Source: Octopus sinensis (lineage: Eukaryota). From it: a stretch of DNA of 61,517 nucleotides. Both the position numbers and the translations under genes were made by a program. The notes beneath the pieces were generated by a model. The model was not told the DNA's origin, did not search any database, and saw only the letters and a program-made list of their open reading frames with translations. This document shows, piece after piece, positions 52,011 through 61,517 of this stretch. The stretch's first letter is position 1; every line of letters begins with the position of its first letter. The stretch lies in the NCBI RefSeq assembly GCF_006345805.1, contig NW_021832265.1, positions 1-61,517 of the forward strand. The letters are read 5' to 3'.

Positions 52011-52238
52011 TCTTCTTCTTCTTCTTCTGCTTCTTCTTCTTCTTCTTCTTCTTCTTCTTCTTCTTCTTCTTCTTCTTCTTCTTCTTCTTCTTCTTCTTCT
52101 CCTTCTTCTTCTTCTTTCCCTTCTTCTTCTTCTTCTTCTTCCCCTTCTTCTTATTCTTCTTCTCCTTCTTCTTCTTTCCCTTCTTCTTCTTCTTCTTCCC
52201 CTTCTTCTTCTTCTTCTTCTTCTTCTTCTCCTTCTTCT
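52011..52238. repeat. (CTT)n array
   Basis: Direct reading. Confidence 0.97.
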
Positions 52239-52615
52239 TACATGTGTGCATGTGTAAGGTGGCCAGTTGTGGTCCATAGATTGCTTTTCAATAATCGCCT
52301 TCCGTATCTCTGGTCACTGAGTTCAAATCCCTGCCTTTTATTCCATCCGTTCAGGGTCAATTGATATAATGCCGGTTCTATACTGGGGTCGATTCTTCTT
52401 TTTCTCTAACTCTTTCTGTCTGTCCTGCACAGCTATACATACATGCATATAAATATCTATTCATATATATATATATCTGTTTTACACGTTTATAGCCCCC
52501 TACCCCTCTACATTAGACAATGATGATACATTGTATAAAATGCAAATACACACACACACAGACGTACATACATACATATATAATATATATATATATATAT
52601 ATATAAATTATATAT

Positions 52616-52670
<55 letters not shown>

Positions 52671-53300
52671 CGAGCGCTATACTAATACATATGTTGTTGT
52701 CTACACCACCTGCCTTTTTTTGTGAATCCTCCCTTTATATATATATATAACACTCAGCATTGATCGATATATATTGCTTTTTTAGGACAATGAAGGGCAA
52801 TGACAAAACGTTTATTTTCAGCCGATAAAATCACAAATCATTCTTTGATCCTAGAGATAAAAAAAAACTGTACTTGAAAGCATATCTATCTGTTGTAATT
52901 TATATCGTGTAATTGGCATTATTCCTAAATTGTAATTAAGTTAATTGACTTCTAACTTTGTCTGGGGAGTTAATGTGGAATTAGTCAATAGTATGACCAG
53001 GGGAATGTTTTCTCGCGTCTCTAGGTGTTTATTGAATAAAAGTTTATGGAACAGGCGTGGTTGAACAGAAGTAATTGTTGAACGACAAGCGTGCATGAAC
53101 GTATATGTGAGAAAACAAGAACGCGTGCGCATGCGTGAGTGTGTATGTGTATGTGCGTGTGCGTTGACATGTCTGTTTTTACATCTACGCAAGTCTGTGT
53201 GTGTGTGAGAGCTGTGTATATATGTATGTCGTTATATATGTAATATACAAGTTTTCATGGGTTCTGTGTGGGAGTGCATATGCGTGCGCGCGCGTGTATA

Positions 53301-53663
53301 TACTCTTTTACTTGTTTCAGTCATATGACTGTGGCCATGCTGGAGTACCGCCTTTAGTTGAGCAAATTGACCCCAGGACCTATTCTTTGTAAGCCTAGTA
53401 CTTATTCTATCGGTCTCTTTTGCCGAACCACTAAGTTACGGGGACGTAAACACACCACCATCGGTTGTGAAACGATGTTGCGGGGTGGGACACACAAACA
53501 TATATTCACACATACATATATACATATACATATATACGACGGGCTTCTTTCAGTTTCCATCTACCAAATCCACTCACAAGGCTTTGGTTGGCCCGAGACT
53601 ATAGTAGAAGACACTTGCCTAAGGTGCCATGCAGGGGGACTGAACCCGGAACCACGTGGTTCG
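53301..53663 (-). mobile_element. SINE family B (head clipped)
   Basis: Reverse-complement match. Confidence 0.92.
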
Positions 53664-53679
53664 TAAATATATATATATA

Positions 53680-58092
<4,413 letters not shown>

Positions 58093-58124
<32 letters not shown>

Positions 58125-58129
58125 CAGAC

Positions 58130-58176
<47 letters not shown>
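58093..58176. repeat. (GATA)n array at Tx1 5' end
   Basis: Direct reading; same orientation as 53703-53946. Confidence 0.97.
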
Positions 58177-58564
58177 AAGACACACATTATGCATACCTAT
58201 ATTTACACACACACCTATCTCCATATATGGTGGTTGTCTCCTCCTTAGGCAGAGTCTGACCCCCTCTTGTATTTACCCCTCAGATCCATCATGGCGTCAG
58301 ATTGCATCTCCGATTTGGACCATCAAGAGCCGCAGTTAAGTTCTGGTCTCTGTAGATCTTCAAATGTATTTTGAACCCTCGGATAGCTTTGCAGACCTTA
58401 TGGCATACATTGCATTGAAAGGTGTGCACAGGTATACAGGCAGAGTATATGGAGAGAAAGGGAGAGAGGGGGGGGAAGATAGTATACATATATTTTATTG
58501 CTGCATATATTATATTTTACATTATATATACTCACACATACATACACACATATATGTATGTAAG

Positions 58565-58628
<64 letters not shown>

Positions 58629-58864
58629 TATATATTATACATACATACATATATATATATACCTTCATGTATTCACAGACATATATATACATATATATAT
58701 ATATATAAAGGCGCTGCTCCAGCATGGCCGCAGTCAAATGACTGAAACAAGTAAAAGAGTAAAAAGAGTAATATGCTATATACATATATTTTATGTATAT
58801 TTACTGATATATAATATGTACAGATAGATAGATGTATATAAATGTATATGTGTGTGTTAGTGTG

Positions 58865-58902
<38 letters not shown>

Positions 58903-59148
58903 TGAGTGTGTGAGTGAGTGTGTGTGTGTGTGTGTGTGTATGTGTGTGTGTGTGTTTGTGTGTGTGTGCACCCCACTCAGCTCCCTGTGCTTCACTTCTG
59001 CCACCCAAATAAACATCTCTCTAGTCTTGTGGTGTGTTTATTCTAAATTCAAGAAACCTTGTGAAAATAACGATGTTTGTCTGTCTGTATTTATAGCTTG
59101 TTGTCTGATTCTGTGGTTCAGATAACGAGAGAGAGAGACAGAGGGAGA

Positions 59149-59194
<46 letters not shown>

Positions 59195-59619
59195 GAGACA
59201 GAGAGACAGAGAAAGACGGAGAGAGACAGACAGAGTAAAAGACAGAGACAGAGTGAGACACAGAGAAAGACAGAGAAAGACAGACAGACAGACAGACAGT
59301 GAGGGGGGAATAGAATAATAAAGAGAGACGGTTAGAGATTAAGAGAGAGAGGGAGTGGAAATTAAACTCGGGTTCTTTGATATTTTCCTTAACACTTTCC
59401 TTAACTATTGATTTATTTTGTTTATTGTTTTCTTCTCTCTTTCTTTTGTCTTCGCCGGCTTTTTTTTTATTTATTTATTTATTTATTTATTTTTGTTCAA
59501 ACTTAATCAACTTTTACGTCAAGAATTATAGATAATGGCGTTTCGTACTTTATTCCAGGCAGATTCTGCTGGGAGGGCTGCCATCTTTTTTTTTTTAAAC
59601 TTGTGATTTACAATGAAGA

Positions 59620-60155
59620 TATAAGTTGTATGCACACACACACATACGCACGCACACTCTCTCACTCTCACACACACACTCTCTCTCCCTTCTTTTTTCT
59701 TCCTCTCCTTTTTCTTCTCTCTCTTGCTCTCTCTTTCTCTCACGCAACCACACACACGCATACATACACACACACACTCTTTCTCTTCTTTTTCTTCATC
59801 TCCTTTTTCTTCTTTTTTCTTCTTTTTCTTCTCTCTCTTTCTTTCTCTCTCTCTCACGCAACCGCACACACACACACACACGTACATACACACACTCTTT
59901 CTCTTCTTTTTCTTCATCTCCTTTTTCTTCTCTCTCTTTCTTTCTCTCTCTCTCTCACGCAACCGCACACACACACACACACGTACATACACACTCTCTC
60001 TCTCTCTTCTTTTTTCTTCCTCTTCTTTTTCTTCTCTCTCTTGCTCTCTCTTTCTCTCACGCAACCACACACACACATACATACACACACTCTTTCTCTT
60101 CTTTTTCTTCATCTCCTTTTTCTTCTTTTCCTTCTTTCTCTCTTTCTTTCTCTCT

Positions 60156-60210
<55 letters not shown>
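59620..60210. repeat. ~100-bp higher-order tandem repeat of CT/CA modules
   Basis: CTCTCACGCA anchor at ~59741, 59855, 59956, 60058, 60156. Confidence 0.8.
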
Positions 60211-60211
<1 letters not shown>

Positions 60212-60661
60212 GCATACTTGTTGTATGTTCAGATAACACGAAACCGACAATACGATGACACTGCAGTATAATTTTTCTCCCGCTTCATCGGTGCAAAAAT
60301 GTATTTATATGTAATCTTCTTGAATCTCATTGATGCATGTTTTGTATCAATATCGGATAGGGGTGGATCGGATACGGATGTATAATGGGGTGGGGAGTAG
60401 TGTGTCTAAGTGTGTATCGGATTTGGAGCTTAGGTTTTAAATGACAACTAACAATATCGGTGATTTGGTCAAAGATATATCTCTGGACTTCAGAGTAAAT
60501 ACAATATGAGTCTCGCACATATGTTATTGTCAGTGGATAAACCTTGATTAACTGGGAGCAGGACACAAATACTCTCCCTAGTTGTGGTTAACAAGAAACA
60601 AGGGAGATAACGTCGGTAGTATCAGATAATTGAAATTACTGGTCGTAAATTCACAATCTAT

Positions 60662-60865
60662 TCAGCGCGGTGAGTTGGCAGAATCGTTAGAACGCTGAGA
60701 AAATTGCTTAATGGCATTTCGTTCGTTTTCACACCCTGAGTTCAAATTTCGCTTTTCATCCTTTCGAGGTCGATGTTAAAAGTACCAGATGAACACTGGA
60801 GTCGATGTCATCGATTTGCCCGCTCCATCGAAATTGCTGTCCTTATACCAAAGTTTTAAACCAAT
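60662..60865 (+). mobile_element. SINE family A
   Basis: GCGGTGAGTTGGCAGAATCGTTAG head and body match. Confidence 0.85.
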
Positions 60866-61095
60866 ACATAATATATATATATATTCAATACAGTCTCGGG
60901 GTGGAGTGATCTTGAAAGTTAACTAGTGAACACAATGGACATGCTTCAGTGTTATTAGAGCTTATCAGCGAAATACCTTCTACTCAGTCGGTAAGACGAA
61001 GAGTGATCTATCTACTCCCTCTCTCTCTCTTGTATGTATACACACACACACACACAGACACACACAGACACACACACATACACACACACACACAC

Positions 61096-61182
<87 letters not shown>

Positions 61183-61185
<3 letters not shown>

Positions 61186-61517
61186 GTAGAATATGTTACG
61201 GAAAGAAAATATAAAATATAATATAAAATACAAAATATAAAATACACGTGGAAATGTAAGAGTAAAATATGAAAAATCAACGAAAATGCACATTACAAAT
61301 AAAAGAAAAGGCTATTTATGACAGCTAACTACAAATATATACATTTAGATTGACTGAGGTAGTAATACGAGTCATAAAAGTCATTATTATGAGGTGATTA
61401 TAAGATGATAATAAAGTAAGAGAACAAAACGGACCATGGTTTACGCAACACCGTTTGAACAACACCGGTTGATACACGGTGTCAGATCTAATAGTTCCTG
61501 AGAAAAAAGATTATTTG
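61183..61517 (-). mobile_element. second copy of the Neptune-like PLE 3' end/pLTR (runs off window)
   Basis: High identity to 47335-47645. Confidence 0.92.

Overview
Repeat-saturated, AT-rich animal genomic DNA, probably intergenic or intronic. The SINE families match my recollection of Octopus SINEs, so the organism is inferred, not verified. There is no confidently recognisable host gene, and nearly all ORFs in the track are microsatellite translations. Recognisable coding remnants are all transposon-derived: an R4/Dong-like RLE LINE, a CR1-like 3' end, an RTE 3' end, two Penelope-like (PLE; RT + GIY-YIG) fragments, a near full-length Tx1/L1-clade ORF2 and a decayed mariner. Three tRNA-headed SINE families occur in many copies. 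Main hunt result 1: about a dozen minimal type I hammerhead ribozyme motifs from several unrelated families sit in short non-coding islands embedded in (TA)n. All have palindromic stem III (dimer-type). One family carries a U4C core with a GNRA-conserving stem II, several lie at fold-back palindromes, and one lies in a ~540-bp 1.3-mer that looks retrozyme-like. Main hunt result 2: retroelement classes appear to partition microsatellite targets (Tx1 in (GATA)n, R4/Dong in (CATA)n, PLE in (TA)n), and one SINE subfamily carries the Tx1 3' tail. All coordinates and folds were read by eye and may be off by a few bases. Ribozyme activity is untested.
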